The notes beneath the pieces are model-generated. The model searched no databases and had not been told where the DNA came from. It saw only the letters and a list, made by a program, of their open reading frames with translations. A DNA stretch of 64,000 nt from Candidatus Cloacimonadales bacterium (GTDB taxonomy: Bacteria; Cloacimonadota; Cloacimonadia; Cloacimonadales; JAFGVF01): positions 3,040,001 to 3,104,000 of the forward strand of contig OY759729.1 of the NCBI GenBank assembly GCA_963662585.1, written 5' to 3'. The position numbers were made by a program, and so were the translations under genes. Positions 31,444 to 43,715 of the stretch are shown one piece after another; positions within the stretch are counted from its first letter, which is position 1, and the number at the start of each line of letters is the position of its first letter.

Positions 31444-34080
31444 TTACTTCATCAAAATCATTTTCTTGCTTGAAGAATATGTTCCACTTTTCATTTTGTA
31501 GAGATAAACTCCGGAAGAAACGCTATGATTATCTTCATCTTTACCATTCCAAACTACATTGTGCTGTCCTGCATCTTGATAACCTTTCACAAGAGACTTA
31601 ACCTTTTGACCCTTGATATTATAAATGTCAAGAGTTACTATTCCACCTGTTGGCATATTGAAGGAAATAGTAGTTTCAGGGTTGAAAGGATTAGGGTAGT
31701 TGCCATTTAAGGTAGTTACCGACGCTATATCGTTATTATGATTTGAAACGATATTGATAATGATTGTATTTGATGGAGAAGTATGTTCACCATCATTTGT
31801 TCTTCCACAAACCCAGACTGTTGATTCTCCACCAGGTAATCCTAAATCATTGATGTCAAACGAAGTTACAGAAGAATTAACTTGGAAATATTCTGTTTCT
31901 TGAGAGTTAGCAGAATCAACTAATATTGTATATCCTGCAAGATTAGCTCCAGGAACTTGATAATCTATATAAGTACATGGGTTCCAATAGATTCTTTCAT
32001 TAATTTGAATTAAATTTGTTGGGTTAAACAAAACATTCTCTGTTTGATAATTAAGTTCAATATTAGGCGCAAGGTCAAGAAGTCTGCTCTCATTGAAATC
32101 TCCACTATAGTTGATATCTGTTGCTAAGAAATCTGAATTGCCTGCAATTCTAGTATTCACTGAAAGAGGGACTGAATTACCTGTATATTCTATCCAAGTT
32201 GAAGTTTCCATATCCCAAGGAGAATCTAATATTTTATAGATTGCTTTGGCCGTAACAGTGTTTGTCTCTATCTCTTGGTCATGAGTTCCCATAACTTCCA
32301 CACCATTAGAGTAAAGATTGTATTGACCATCTATGAAGGAAACTTGATGATTGGTAAAAGTATCACCTGCTTGAGCATCATTATCAAGGTAGAGAAGTTC
32401 TTCATCTAAAATAACATTTTCCCAACCATTAACACCATATTTCTGATAGCCAACTAACATAATGTCATTATTATCATTTTCATAAACTAATTGCTTTACT
32501 TGATCAGTATAGAACTCATCTTTAAGAAGGGGAAGTACATCGTTTCCATTGATATTAACATAATCATAAGTTCTGAAAGTGTTAGGTCTTGGCTCAGCCT
32601 GAAAAACTAAGTCAATAGACTCACTAACATTTTCATCATTCAGAGAGACAATAGTAAGTTCATCAAAAGGACCATAATAGCAGTAACCATCTTGCCAACT
32701 CATTCCTTGACCAATTGAACCTATAATTGTGAAATCTTTTGGTTCTGTGAAAGTGAGGACTATAGGCTCATCTATAGTTTCAAGAACATGATCAGTTACT
32801 TCTAAAGTATTTAAATCTCTGATATGAATAATATAATCAGCAATTTCAGTAAATTCTGAAGTGATATTTATAGTAAGAGAATAATCTGTAACATCAGATG
32901 CAAGAGGAAGATATTCTACTGTTCCTAAACTTGCATTGTCATTAGAATCTGTAATAGATGCTTCAATCTCTGTTGTGTCGGTAGTTCCCCAGAAATTATT
33001 CTTGGCTAAGATAGTAATTTCACTAGCAAGATTGTTCAAAATTACACTATTGTTGTTGTTATTAACATCAATATTATTTTGGATAGTATTTAAACCATAA
33101 GCATAAGTATGATTCATTTCAGGTGCACCAATAACAGGTTGAGCCCCAACTGTTATGAATATTCCACCATAATTACCTGATATTAAGTTTCCAGCAATAT
33201 AAGGAGTTGCGCCCCCACCATAGCACATAATTCCTGCACCAGAATTCATATTACCTTCAATAAAGTTATTGGTAATCTCATTATCATATAAAGTTCCTGA
33301 ACAGTTGTAAAAATATACTCCTGTGTAATTTTCAGTAATAACATTATTAAAAATCTGAGCATTAATTCCACCACAAGAGAACATGTCAACGCTGGTGATT
33401 CCCTGGAAATTATTGTTATGGATGTAATTTTCTGTAATTGTTGGAGTTACTGAAGCATTATCAGATTGAATACTTATCTGGATAGCACCTCTAAACTGAG
33501 GACCTGTTCCATTTTCGGTAATCTCATTATTAGCAACAGTTACTGCACTTGATTCTGAAATTAAAATTGCACTCTTTACGCTATAAGCAATGTAATTTCT
33601 TTCAATTAGAATTTCTGGAGGATTAGCATTACCGATAGCAAAAATATGAATAGCTTCATCATTATATTCAAAATGAGAATCTGTGATTGTTGTTGGTGAA
33701 TTGATTGAATTAACAGCATTCTCGGCATTCTTCATAAAGCAATAAACAAAAACACTTGGCTCTGTTCCTTCATCTTCTAAGCGAATACCTTGATGTGAAA
33801 TCTCATTATTATCAGTGCTAGACTTAAAAATAATCATATTATCTTCAGTTCCTACTGCAGAAATTCTACCTTCAGCAGTGATTTGATAATCACCTAAAAA
33901 GAGAACTTCAACACCCGCTTCGATAGTTAAAACCTCATCAGCTGGAACTGTAATGTCGCCTGTTACTGTATAAGGACTATTTGCTGAATCCCAAACTCCA
34001 CTCTGATTTCCGCTTACATCAAGAGCCTGTAAGCTAAGTAACATAATTAAAAAAGTAAATACACCTACAATCTTTTTCAT
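31444..34080 (-). CDS. Right-handed beta-helix protein with FlgD/T9SS CTD
   Basis: [30 protein letters not shown] repeats, [16 protein letters not shown]. Confidence 0.85.
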   Translation of the reverse strand: MKKIVGVFTFLIMLLSLQALDVSGNQSGVWDSANSPYTVTGDITVPADEVLTIEAGVEVLFLGDYQITAEGRISAVGTEDNMIIFKSSTDNNEISHQGIRLEDEGTEPSVFVYCFMKNAENAVNSINSPTTITDSHFEYNDEAIHIFAIGNANPPEILIERNYIAYSVKSAILISESSAVTVANNEITENGTGPQFRGAIQISIQSDNASVTPTITENYIHNNNFQGITSVDMFSCGGINAQIFNNVITENYTGVYFYNCSGTLYDNEITNNFIEGNMNSGAGIMCYGGGATPYIAGNLISGNYGGIFITVGAQPVIGAPEMNHTYAYGLNTIQNNIDVNNNNNSVILNNLASEITILAKNNFWGTTDTTEIEASITDSNDNASLGTVEYLPLASDVTDYSLTINITSEFTEIADYIIHIRDLNTLEVTDHVLETIDEPIVLTFTEPKDFTIIGSIGQGMSWQDGYCYYGPFDELTIVSLNDENVSESIDLVFQAEPRPNTFRTYDYVNINGNDVLPLLKDEFYTDQVKQLVYENDNNDIMLVGYQKYGVNGWENVILDEELLYLDNDAQAGDTFTNHQVSFIDGQYNLYSNGVEVMGTHDQEIETNTVTAKAIYKILDSPWDMETSTWIEYTGNSVPLSVNTRIAGNSDFLATDINYSGDFNESRLLDLAPNIELNYQTENVLFNPTNLIQINERIYWNPCTYIDYQVPGANLAGYTILVDSANSQETEYFQVNSSVTSFDINDLGLPGGESTVWVCGRTNDGEHTSPSNTIIINIVSNHNNDIASVTTLNGNYPNPFNPETTISFNMPTGGIVTLDIYNIKGQKVKSLVKGYQDAGQHNVVWNGKDEDNHSVSSGVYLYKMKSGTYSSSKKMILMK

Positions 34081-34627
34081 TATACATCTCCCATTTTCTA
34101 GTATTATTATTTCATAACAATAATAATTTCAAGTCAAAACTTGTAAATCTATTTTTTATAATCCTGATAATATGCTAAGAGAGGAGCTTATTTAACAAGG
34201 AAAACATATAGATTATATAGCTAATTAAACCCAAATAATGCAGTAGATCTTTTAGAATAGCACTATATTCATTTGCTAAAGCATTTTACATAATTTCTCA
34301 GAGTATATATATTATAAGCTGATAAATTCTGTAAAACCTTTATCTATAAGAATCTGCACTCTTCTGTAAAGCCCTACTGCACCATTCGGGTTAAAAGAAG
34401 ATCTATTCCATACTTTAGCTTTTCCTTTTAAATCTCCCATGCTCCTCCAATACTCTATTACTGATAACTTAAATAAAAGGCAAATAATCTTTGAAATGAG
34501 TGAGAAGGAGCAAGGGACAAGGACTCGGCGATGAGTAAGAATTAGTGTGTTTTTACTAAGAATAGAATCTGAAGAACTTCAAAAATTTAGTATAATCGAA
34601 AAGAGAAACAAAAAATATTAAAATAAC

Positions 34628-34655
34628 TTGACTTCCTAAGCAATATCATTATCTT
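34628..34655 (+). promoter_or_regulatory. Putative sigma70 promoter for ssrA
   Basis: TTGACT-N16-TATCTT about 50 bp upstream of tmRNA. Confidence 0.4.
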
Positions 34656-34704
34656 GTAATTATGAGTGAAATTATTCTTGCAATTGTGTACTTACCTGTT
34701 TTAT

Positions 34705-35054
<350 letters not shown>

Positions 35055-35245
35055 GTCTTCGAAATGAACGAAGTGAATGAGAAGACTGACACGGCGTAGC
35101 ATCTTTAGATGCGAAAACGGTCTTAGATTTATATTGCGTGGTTCGTTCATTACTACGCCTAGGCAGGCCAATCTGAGTTTGCTATATGTTTTGTATATTT
35201 TGTAACAAATGGTGATTATTATTTAGAAGAAGAGAGTTAGGTTAT

Positions 35246-35485
35246 ATGTATTATGTTTATATTCTAAAAAGTATCAATTATCCAGATAAATATTATACAG
35301 GTTATTCAACCGATTTAAAAAAGAGAATCCAAAAACACAATTATGGAGAAGTACCTTCAACCACAAAATATAAACCTTGGAAAATGCATTGTTATTTCGC
35401 TTTTCCATCCCAAGATAAAGCAATAGCCTTCGAGAAATACCTTAAAACACATTCAGGACGAGCCTTTGCGTGTAAGCATTTTTAA
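35246..35485 (+). CDS. Small GIY-YIG nuclease
   Basis: YYVYIL...YYTGYSTDLKKRI..HN...T..YKPW...E.YLK...GR. Confidence 0.9.
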   Translation: MYYVYILKSINYPDKYYTGYSTDLKKRIQKHNYGEVPSTTKYKPWKMHCYFAFPSQDKAIAFEKYLKTHSGRAFACKHF

Positions 35486-35499
35486 TAAAAATTTCAATT

Positions 35500-35720
35500 A
35501 CTTTAGGTAATTATCTAAATCTAATACCACAGTAACAATAAATAAAAACTTACCAGCCCGTAATTATGGTAGGGGCGTATTGCCATATGCTCATAATTAC
35601 AACAATTCAATCTGGCAAAAAAAATATTGGGAACATATAATTAGAACCGAAATAGAATATAACAAAATCTCCCAATACATTATTAATAATCATCTGTGTT
35701 GGGATAATGATAAGTTAAAC
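35500..35720 (+). pseudogene. 3' fragment of a REP-associated tyrosine transposase
   Basis: Translates LPARNYGRGVLPYAH...IWQKKYWEHIIRTEIEYNKISQYIINN; aligns with 56665..56845. Confidence 0.85.
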
Positions 35721-36051
35721 CCAAATAATGCAGTAGATATTTTAGAATAGCACTATATTCATTTGCTAAAGCATCTGCACTCTTCTGTAAAGCTCTACTG
35801 CACCATTCTGGTTGAATGGGGGAGAAGGGAATGTGGTTATAGAATCTGAAATAGGGTATAATCAGGAAATCTGGAAGGTTTAATGTAGGGGCGAAAAATC
35901 TTTCGCCCATAATTGATTAGAGTTTTTTCCTCTTCACAATAAGTGTGGAAAAAAAACAACACATTGCAGAATTTATGAGCAGTTATCTTAGATAAACATA
36001 ATAAAAATAGATAAGAAAAAGACTGTACTATGACAGTCTTTTCTTTGCAGG

Positions 36052-36428
36052 CTAATACAATCAGATATTATCAGGCTTAGATTTATCTACATCAACATGT
36101 AAAAAGCCTTTACTGATGCCAATCCTGCTAAATCCAACAATCACCAAAGCTCGAAGAATCTTTAGTCTAGCAAGATTATTAGCTACTTCAATATCAACAG
36201 CTAATCCTGTTAAATGAGCAGAGTTTTTAACTCCACCAACTTGGTGTTATGTTTTTTGCATCTGTACCCACTAGAAATTTTAAATGGGACACCTGCTAGA
36301 CAGCGAGCCAGATTCAGCATTAATACAAGTTTATAAGAAAGAACAGCTTTTCCACAACAAGGACATTTAAACTCACTTTTAGAGAAGTGTTTAATGTCTT
36401 TCCAATTTATGAAGTTAGATTTATTCAT
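36052..36428 (-). pseudogene. Peptidase M15 (phage endolysin-like), frameshifted
   Basis: HFSKSEFKCPCCG...SSGYRCKKHN, frameshift near 36243, then VGGVKNSAHLTGLAVDI...IGI..GFLHVD in another frame; premature TGA near the end. Confidence 0.88.
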
Positions 36429-37097
36429 GTTTCCAATTTATTTATGTAAGTGTCCCAATCAAATTGAGTTGATAAAATTTAACATAAAAAAGCTAGAAAG
36501 CAGTTAAAAGGAATAGGTGTATTTCGCAGATAGTGACAATGGAGAAGAAACTAAATTGGGAAATTATGAAAAATTAAGATTATGCCTAGATTCAAGAACT
36601 TAGCATTATCGATAAGATAGCTCATATACTTACTCGTAGAGAATATGAATGTGTTATAGTTGATATCTGTAATATGAGATAAGATATTCAAAGAATTATA
36701 CTTGAGAATTATTAACGAAATCTCTAATTAGATTTTAATTATGATGACATTGAAAAACAAAAGCTGAGAAGGTAAGACAGATCAAGTAAAATTGAATGCT
36801 ACTGAACTGTTAATTAGCTCAGCAGCTCCTTCAAAGTTCAGTAGCATACCTCTATTTGATAATTACAGATGGTATCTGCTGGATATTATGTAACAGATCA
36901 AATTAAGTAATCATTAAAATTTAAATTACAAATGTTAATCTTTACTAGTTTGTCGAAAATACAATATCTCTTAGTTATCTCATAAGATTAATAGTAGTTA
37001 TAAATGATATTCAATAGTTAATATTTACAGTATTATGATTTTTTTCTTGCTAAAACTACAACAAAAAAAAAAATGAAAAAAAGGTAGAATAACTTAA

Positions 37098-38429
37098 ATG
37101 AATAAATTGAAAATGATAACTGAATTAGATAAAAAAAATATAGAACTAGATAGTATTATACAACAGTATAAAGAAATTGAAAAGAAAAACAACCTAAGAT
37201 TTATTGAAAGTAAAGATGATTTTTCAATGAATTTTAAAAAAGCTCAATCAAAGCCTATACATAGATGGTTTAAGTATAAAGAGGGTTTTTCTCCTTCAAT
37301 AGTCGCTAATTTTATAAATAGGTTCAATGAGAAAAAAAATCCTATCATTTTCGATCCGTTTGGAGGTATTGGTACTACTGTTTTAGAAAGTTCTCTAAAT
37401 GGATTTATGGCATATTCTAATGATGTAAATCCTTTAAGTAATTATATTTCTAGAATTAAAACAAAACAATATTCTGAGGGATATTTAAACATGTTAAAAG
37501 AAATAGCAAAGAATTTTGATTCAATTCAGTTCAAGAATAAGATAAATCCTCCAGGGAATAATACAGTTATAAACTATTTTGATGATGTAACTTTAGATGC
37601 AATTTTAAAAATACAATACTGGATTAACCAAATTAAAAATACAGACATTTACAATATTTTTAATCTCGCTCTTATCACTAATTTAGAGAACTTATCTACT
37701 CATCGTAAAGATGGTAATGGAGTGAAAAGAAAAAGGAATTATAGCCCATACAATAGTATAGATGACATCAAAACCATTATATTAAAAACTATTGATATGT
37801 TCGTATCTGACATTGAGATGACAACCCTTATATATGAACCCAATGTTTTATCACAAAGTTCCGTAAAAAGCTATTCCATTGATCAAAAAGCTGATATTGT
37901 AATTACATCACCTCCCTATGCAAATTGTTTTGATTATAGCAAAGTATATCTTGTTGAACTCTGGTTTAGTAGGTTCTTTAAAGATAAATCAGATCAAAAG
38001 AGATTTCGTGAAAACTCTATAATTAGCCATGTTCATTATAAATGGAATCCTAGAAACGAAAAATTTGTACATGATTTAGTTAATGTTAATATTAGGAATT
38101 ATCTAAATAACTCTAAATTATGGGACAGAAAAATCCCTCAAATGTTAGTTGGTTATTTTTCTGATATAGCAAAAGGTCTATATGAATTGATACCAAACTT
38201 AAATAACCACGCAACTGTAGGGTTTATTGTTGGTAATAGTGTATATTCTGGGTTACCGATCTCTACTGACCTAATTATAGCTGACATTGCTGAAAAACTT
38301 GGATATATAGTTCTAGGAATTGAAACACATAGAAAATTGACACCATCATCACAACAGCAAAAAATTATGAGAGATGAAGACAAAATATTTTTAAGGGAGA
38401 GTTTAGTAATTTTAAAATGGAAAAGATAG
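37098..38429 (+). CDS. DNA amino-methyltransferase M1 (alpha-class, probably N4-cytosine)
   Basis: HRWFKYKEGFS, DPFGGIGTT (motif I) before TSPPY (motif IV). Confidence 0.88.
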   Translation: MNKLKMITELDKKNIELDSIIQQYKEIEKKNNLRFIESKDDFSMNFKKAQSKPIHRWFKYKEGFSPSIVANFINRFNEKKNPIIFDPFGGIGTTVLESSLNGFMAYSNDVNPLSNYISRIKTKQYSEGYLNMLKEIAKNFDSIQFKNKINPPGNNTVINYFDDVTLDAILKIQYWINQIKNTDIYNIFNLALITNLENLSTHRKDGNGVKRKRNYSPYNSIDDIKTIILKTIDMFVSDIEMTTLIYEPNVLSQSSVKSYSIDQKADIVITSPPYANCFDYSKVYLVELWFSRFFKDKSDQKRFRENSIISHVHYKWNPRNEKFVHDLVNVNIRNYLNNSKLWDRKIPQMLVGYFSDIAKGLYELIPNLNNHATVGFIVGNSVYSGLPISTDLIIADIAEKLGYIVLGIETHRKLTPSSQQQKIMRDEDKIFLRESLVILKWKR

Positions 38430-39706
38430 TTTTAAACAACACAGGTAAGTATAATCCTTATGAATTGAAATGGAATTCAACTATTGTTTTTCCAAGTACA
38501 AGAAAATTGAAGCAATATGGAAATAGAATCTATAATAGATATCCAGCCCGAAGTATTTTTTTAGTACCAAGAAACACAATCCTTAATTTTAAACGAAATA
38601 GGAAATTGGTAAATATATTAGATCCATTCATGGGGTCAGGAACAACAGCAGTTGAAAGTATACTTCAAAACTGTAATATTTATGGAACTGAAATGGATCC
38701 TTTTGCTCGATTAGTATCAGAAGCTAGTGTTCAATTATATTCAGATGCTGAATTCATAGAACTTGAAGATATATTCAGTAAGATAAATTCTAATTGGAAG
38801 AATCAAAAACCGTTATCAAAATATACCCCAAAATTAAAAAATATTGAGTATTGGTTTGATAAAGAAGTATTTACAGATTTATTGAGCCTAAAATCATATA
38901 TTTTTGAGTTTGTGAAGAATGATAAATTTCTGATATTTTTTAAAGTTGTTTTTGCTGATTGCATTAAACCATCATCAAAAATGGAGCGACAGTCAATAAA
39001 ACCATATATTTCATCTAAATATCCTAAAACAATCAAACCTGTTAATGAATCTTTTCAATATAGTTACAAGGCACATATAGAAACATTAAAGGATTATAAG
39101 GATAAAACATTAAAGCAAAGAAACATTGAATGGCTTAGTTTTGATGCAACAAATTTTGAATTAGCAAATAAATCTATTGACATTGCAATATCTTCCCCAC
39201 CATATTTGAGTGCCTTTGATTATACACATGTTATAAAAATTGAAAGTGCATGGTTAGGCCTTTTACAAGACCCTGATATATTGAAGTTAAGATGTTCACA
39301 AGTTGGTCATCAGAAAAGAAGAGACAACATAGTTTGTACTGATATAGTTGATATTTTCAGTGATTATTATTATTCTATATTAAATGGTGATAAGAAAAAT
39401 TCTAAAATTTCAAATATTAATGTTGCGAAAGGAGCTCAATCCTACTTCAACGATATGTATAAGAACTTGTATTACACTTACAATGTATTGAAAGAAAAAG
39501 GTCAATATCATTTAATCATAGGAGATAATGTTATAAATGGAATAAACATCCCTACGCACAAAATTGTTGCACAGATTGCTGAAAAAATTGGATTTAATTG
39601 GTTTGGATATTATAAGTATCCCATTAAAGATCACAGAACGTCAATACCACGTAATGCAAATGGTAAAAAAATAAAATATGAATACGTTCTTATGTTGGAA
39701 AAATAA
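38417..39706 (+). CDS. DNA amino-methyltransferase M2 (alpha-class, probably N4-cytosine)
   Basis: RYPAR, DPFMGSGTT, SSPPY, IIGDN. Confidence 0.88.
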   Translation: MEKIVLNNTGKYNPYELKWNSTIVFPSTRKLKQYGNRIYNRYPARSIFLVPRNTILNFKRNRKLVNILDPFMGSGTTAVESILQNCNIYGTEMDPFARLVSEASVQLYSDAEFIELEDIFSKINSNWKNQKPLSKYTPKLKNIEYWFDKEVFTDLLSLKSYIFEFVKNDKFLIFFKVVFADCIKPSSKMERQSIKPYISSKYPKTIKPVNESFQYSYKAHIETLKDYKDKTLKQRNIEWLSFDATNFELANKSIDIAISSPPYLSAFDYTHVIKIESAWLGLLQDPDILKLRCSQVGHQKRRDNIVCTDIVDIFSDYYYSILNGDKKNSKISNINVAKGAQSYFNDMYKNLYYTYNVLKEKGQYHLIIGDNVINGINIPTHKIVAQIAEKIGFNWFGYYKYPIKDHRTSIPRNANGKKIKYEYVLMLEK

Positions 39707-41691
39707 TGAAAATACACTTACGCAATATTCAACATTTCCCATATAATCTTTTATCGAATAATTGGTTAAAGTGGTGTGAATCATTTTTGACCGAAGGAAT
39801 AAACTTACAGGATTATGAATTTGAAAGCTTTAACATAAAAAATATTAAAGGTATTCCTGATAACTCTAGTGCTCCTACAAGAGCTATAGAGTTATATAGA
39901 GGTGGTTTACTTAAGTACCCAATAAGTGTTAATAAATCAAAAACTAGAGCTTGGGATATGTTAAGAAATAATGAATCAATAATATCAAATTTTGGTTTCA
40001 TAAGTTATTTGATTATCAAGGCAAGTGAATCAACTGAAAATAATCAAAAACTGAACAAAGCTTTTTCTGCTATAACATCAATTTTAGCAGTATCTCAAAC
40101 GATTCACGTTGATTATGATGGTGAAAATCATGTAATATCATTGAACACTATATTTCAAAGGTTAATCGAAATATTTAAACCTGAACTAAAAGATTATCTT
40201 GCTCTTCAATTTCTTGCTAGTGCAATGATTTGTACTTTAAAATGGGATGTTTTGAATGAAACCTTCATAAGAAAGATATTAAATAATTATTCAAGTTTAA
40301 CAATGGTTATTACAAGCAATCCAAAAAGAGGCAATGAAATAATCTATAACATATCTAAATCTAATTTTAATGATATATTATCTGATTTTAGAAATAATAA
40401 GAGAACTTTTGATAATACTACTAATCAAAGGTTTTGTAATTTCTATGTTGGAAATAATAACAATAATCCTGAACTTGGGTACATAAATAGCTCAAGAAAG
40501 TACTTTGACAAATTCTTGAAAGATTGTTCGAAAATTGAAATTGAAAATTGGATGATGTCACCGTTTAAGGATTTATACAGAAGTGAAAATTATTCGTACG
40601 ATGATATTGGAGCTGAAGATATCATAATGCAATTTAAACATATATTCAATAAATACTTACCAGACTCAGATAATTTAAAGGAGTTATTAATGTCATTAAA
40701 AGATGGATGTTTTGAAGCAATTAAAGTACTAGGTTGGGAGAATAATCAAAACTCGAACGAAATAAATAATAATGGGGAAAATAAAATTTTCTATGGTGCT
40801 CCTGGTGTTGGTAAATCCTATCATGTAAATCAGATTTTAAAAAACATTCCTAGAAATAGAGTAAGAAGGGTTACTTTTCACCCTGAATATGATCACGCTT
40901 CATTTGTTGGGTGTTATCGACCAGAAATGGATGAAAAAGAAAATATTATTTATAGATTTACTCCTCAAGCCTTTACAAATATATATTGTGATGCATGGAA
41001 TGATCCAAATAATGATTATTACCTTATAATTGAAGAGATTAATAGAGGTAATTGTGCTGAAATCTTTGGTGATATATTTCAATTACTAGATAGAGACGCA
41101 AAATATGATATAGTTCCTTCGAAAGAACTAGGTGAATATTTAGATAAATATTTAAATAAAAGCAGTATGATTAGTTCAGATGCATTAAGATTACCAAATA
41201 ATTTGCACATTTACGCAACAATGAATACTTCTGATCAATCATTATATCCAATGGATAGTGCTTTTAAAAGACGATGGATTTGGAATTATATACCTATCAA
41301 TTATCTTAAAGATCAAACTACAAATAAATCAGCGAAGTTTAAAGTTCAAATTTCCGAAAATGAATTCTTTAACTGGATAGATTTTATAAAAGCAGTAAAT
41401 GATGTAATCAAGAGGAATAGCAATCTTGGACAAGATAAATGTATTGGAAATTACTTTATTAATCCAAAAGATAACATAATTGATCTTGCAACATTTATAC
41501 ATAAGACAGTATTTTACTTATGGAATGATGTCTTCAAAGATGAAATGGAGGACGATACCATATTCAAAAATCATGAAACATTTACAGATTTTTTCCCTAT
41601 TGAGCAAAATGGTAAGCAAAAAGTCATTCAGCTTGTTAAATCACTGAATATTGAAATTGAATATAGGAACAACATTGAAAATACTGATTGA
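39706..41691 (+). CDS. McrB/LlaJI.R1-like AAA+ GTPase with unrecognised N-terminal domain
   Basis: GAPGVGKS, VTFHPEY....FVG, IIEEINRGN, ATMNTSDQSL..MDSAFKRRW (McrB NxxD). Confidence 0.92.
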   Translation: MKIHLRNIQHFPYNLLSNNWLKWCESFLTEGINLQDYEFESFNIKNIKGIPDNSSAPTRAIELYRGGLLKYPISVNKSKTRAWDMLRNNESIISNFGFISYLIIKASESTENNQKLNKAFSAITSILAVSQTIHVDYDGENHVISLNTIFQRLIEIFKPELKDYLALQFLASAMICTLKWDVLNETFIRKILNNYSSLTMVITSNPKRGNEIIYNISKSNFNDILSDFRNNKRTFDNTTNQRFCNFYVGNNNNNPELGYINSSRKYFDKFLKDCSKIEIENWMMSPFKDLYRSENYSYDDIGAEDIIMQFKHIFNKYLPDSDNLKELLMSLKDGCFEAIKVLGWENNQNSNEINNNGENKIFYGAPGVGKSYHVNQILKNIPRNRVRRVTFHPEYDHASFVGCYRPEMDEKENIIYRFTPQAFTNIYCDAWNDPNNDYYLIIEEINRGNCAEIFGDIFQLLDRDAKYDIVPSKELGEYLDKYLNKSSMISSDALRLPNNLHIYATMNTSDQSLYPMDSAFKRRWIWNYIPINYLKDQTTNKSAKFKVQISENEFFNWIDFIKAVNDVIKRNSNLGQDKCIGNYFINPKDNIIDLATFIHKTVFYLWNDVFKDEMEDDTIFKNHETFTDFFPIEQNGKQKVIQLVKSLNIEIEYRNNIENTD

Positions 41692-43351
41692 GGGAGAAAA
41701 ATACAGAATCTCTTTACTTAAGAATCTTTTTGATGACACCAAATTTTATAGACAAAATGGTGAAGAGGGTATAATATCCGCAGTTGGTTATTATCATTCA
41801 TATATATCAAAAGACATTGTTTATCTCCTACCAAAAGTATTTATGAAAGACACAAATGTATCTATTTTTGGAATATCAACGCACGACTTAATTGATTTAG
41901 ATCTGGTTTCAATAAAACATAAAAATGAGTATCATTGGATTAGAAAATTATCAATTTACTTTTATCAAAGTCTTATTGAATTCAAAAGAAGACACCCTAG
42001 CTCTTCTTTACTTGAGAGCTCTTTACCTCATAAATTAGGGAGTATAAACGGCAGATTTGAATATTCATATTTAGATTTGGTTCTAAGTTTTGTCAATCTA
42101 TACAAAAAGAATAAAGAGAAGATTCTATTTAAACATATAGAATCATATTCAAACTTCTCAAAGAAAGTTAATTGGAACAAGACAATTAGAAAAACTACTC
42201 CAATAATTAAGGATGATATAAAAGTAATTTATTATATTTTTAACAACAATAAAAAAATAAAAGATGTTCAAGAGAGTTTGTTCATCTATTTCTTTTCAAT
42301 ACTTTATTATTTTAATGAAGAGCATGATTTAAACATTAAAATTGATCCATCTTACAATATAATCAAAGGTGCAAAATTTATCGCGTTACAAGCAAATGGA
42401 TTAAGAAAACTAAAAAAAATTAGATATAAATACTTTGATGATTCATTAACAAAGATGTATAAATTATGTGAGCTGTATTTTTCTTTAACAGATAAAAGTA
42501 GTTTAAAGAAAAGAAGCTCTGAATTTATATCTGTTGGTAATTATGATATTATTTTCGAAGATATGGTAGATAAGCTATTCTCCGATAATTTGATGGATAA
42601 AAAGACAAATGAAGGACATTCCTTAAATTCATTAAAATACCATGATGATGGAAAAGTTATAGATCACATTTTTGACTATAAATCAATTATTGATGATAGT
42701 AATATTTTTTATATTGGTGATTCAAAATACTACAAATCTGGTAAAACAGCAGGTAGATTATCTAAATTTAAACAGTTTACCTATGCAAAAAATGTTATTC
42801 AGTATAACGTAGATCTTCTAAATAAGGAACCTCAAGAAGTTTATAAACCAAATATTCGATACCGAGATTCTCTAACTGAAGGCTACAATGTAACACCGAA
42901 TTTCTTTGTTTATGGATACATAGATAACTTCAGTGACTTTGAAAATGCTAAATTTGATTCGTCGGGTGAAGTTGTTTTTTCATATCAATGGAAACATCGT
43001 TTATTTGATAGAGACTCGTTATATCTACACCAATATAGAATTAACTTTCTCTATGTTTTAAAATCTTATGCTCAATTTAATAAAGACAAAATAAAATCAT
43101 TTAGAGAAGTGACTAAATCACAAATAAGAAGTAATTTCATTAATTATTTCTCTGATCCTCATAAATCAAAGTTTATATTTTATGAGTATAAAAAAGATAA
43201 CTATACTGAATATATAAAAAACAATTTTAGGGAGCTTCTAGGAAAATCATATATAACAATTGATAACAGGTTAGTTATTGCTTTGCATAAAGATGATAAG
43301 GAAACTAGAAAAATAAAATTAAATGATTTAGAGCGAATAGATTTAAAGTAA
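41675..43351 (+). CDS. LlaJI.R2/McrC-like PD-(D/E)xK restriction endonuclease subunit
   Basis: LLPKVF, VNWNKTI, FEDMVD, IDHI...YIGDSKYY, KQFTYAKNV; start 41651 or 41675. Confidence 0.85.
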   Translation: MKILIEGEKYRISLLKNLFDDTKFYRQNGEEGIISAVGYYHSYISKDIVYLLPKVFMKDTNVSIFGISTHDLIDLDLVSIKHKNEYHWIRKLSIYFYQSLIEFKRRHPSSSLLESSLPHKLGSINGRFEYSYLDLVLSFVNLYKKNKEKILFKHIESYSNFSKKVNWNKTIRKTTPIIKDDIKVIYYIFNNNKKIKDVQESLFIYFFSILYYFNEEHDLNIKIDPSYNIIKGAKFIALQANGLRKLKKIRYKYFDDSLTKMYKLCELYFSLTDKSSLKKRSSEFISVGNYDIIFEDMVDKLFSDNLMDKKTNEGHSLNSLKYHDDGKVIDHIFDYKSIIDDSNIFYIGDSKYYKSGKTAGRLSKFKQFTYAKNVIQYNVDLLNKEPQEVYKPNIRYRDSLTEGYNVTPNFFVYGYIDNFSDFENAKFDSSGEVVFSYQWKHRLFDRDSLYLHQYRINFLYVLKSYAQFNKDKIKSFREVTKSQIRSNFINYFSDPHKSKFIFYEYKKDNYTEYIKNNFRELLGKSYITIDNRLVIALHKDDKETRKIKLNDLERIDLK

Positions 43352-43715
43352 ACCAGATAAAATAGGTTACCTGATAATATAAAATTTAAAGTGAAGTTAT
43401 GGAATTTGGTAATAGATGAAAATAAATATTCTTCTAGAACATTTTCTTATAAATAGGAATTTACTAGTTATATTAGAGTCTCCCTCAACAAAGACTTATG
43501 ACAATTAATATAATTGTTTATGTAGATTTGAAGTTTTATACAGTTACGTGGAAATCGGTAAGCCAATTATATTACCTTAGGAAAAGAGAAGCACTTGATA
43601 ATAAATTTTCTGAAATTCTGTAGGCTAAGGATATATTGATAACTGAAATGAATTATTATATAAGAAAACCTTATAAAAATATAAGCTTGATTAATCTTCA
43701 ATAAAAGACTAAAGT

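Noticed and set aside
31135..31710. Short + strand ORFs at 31135, 31404 and 31525
   Set aside because: Translations of the repeat array or antisense to a real gene
36052..36065. TGA-as-Trp recoding suggested by NI*LY at the end of the M15 gene
   Set aside because: The gene is already frameshifted, long ORFs show no internal TGA, and TGA is used as a stop at 56861 and 63325
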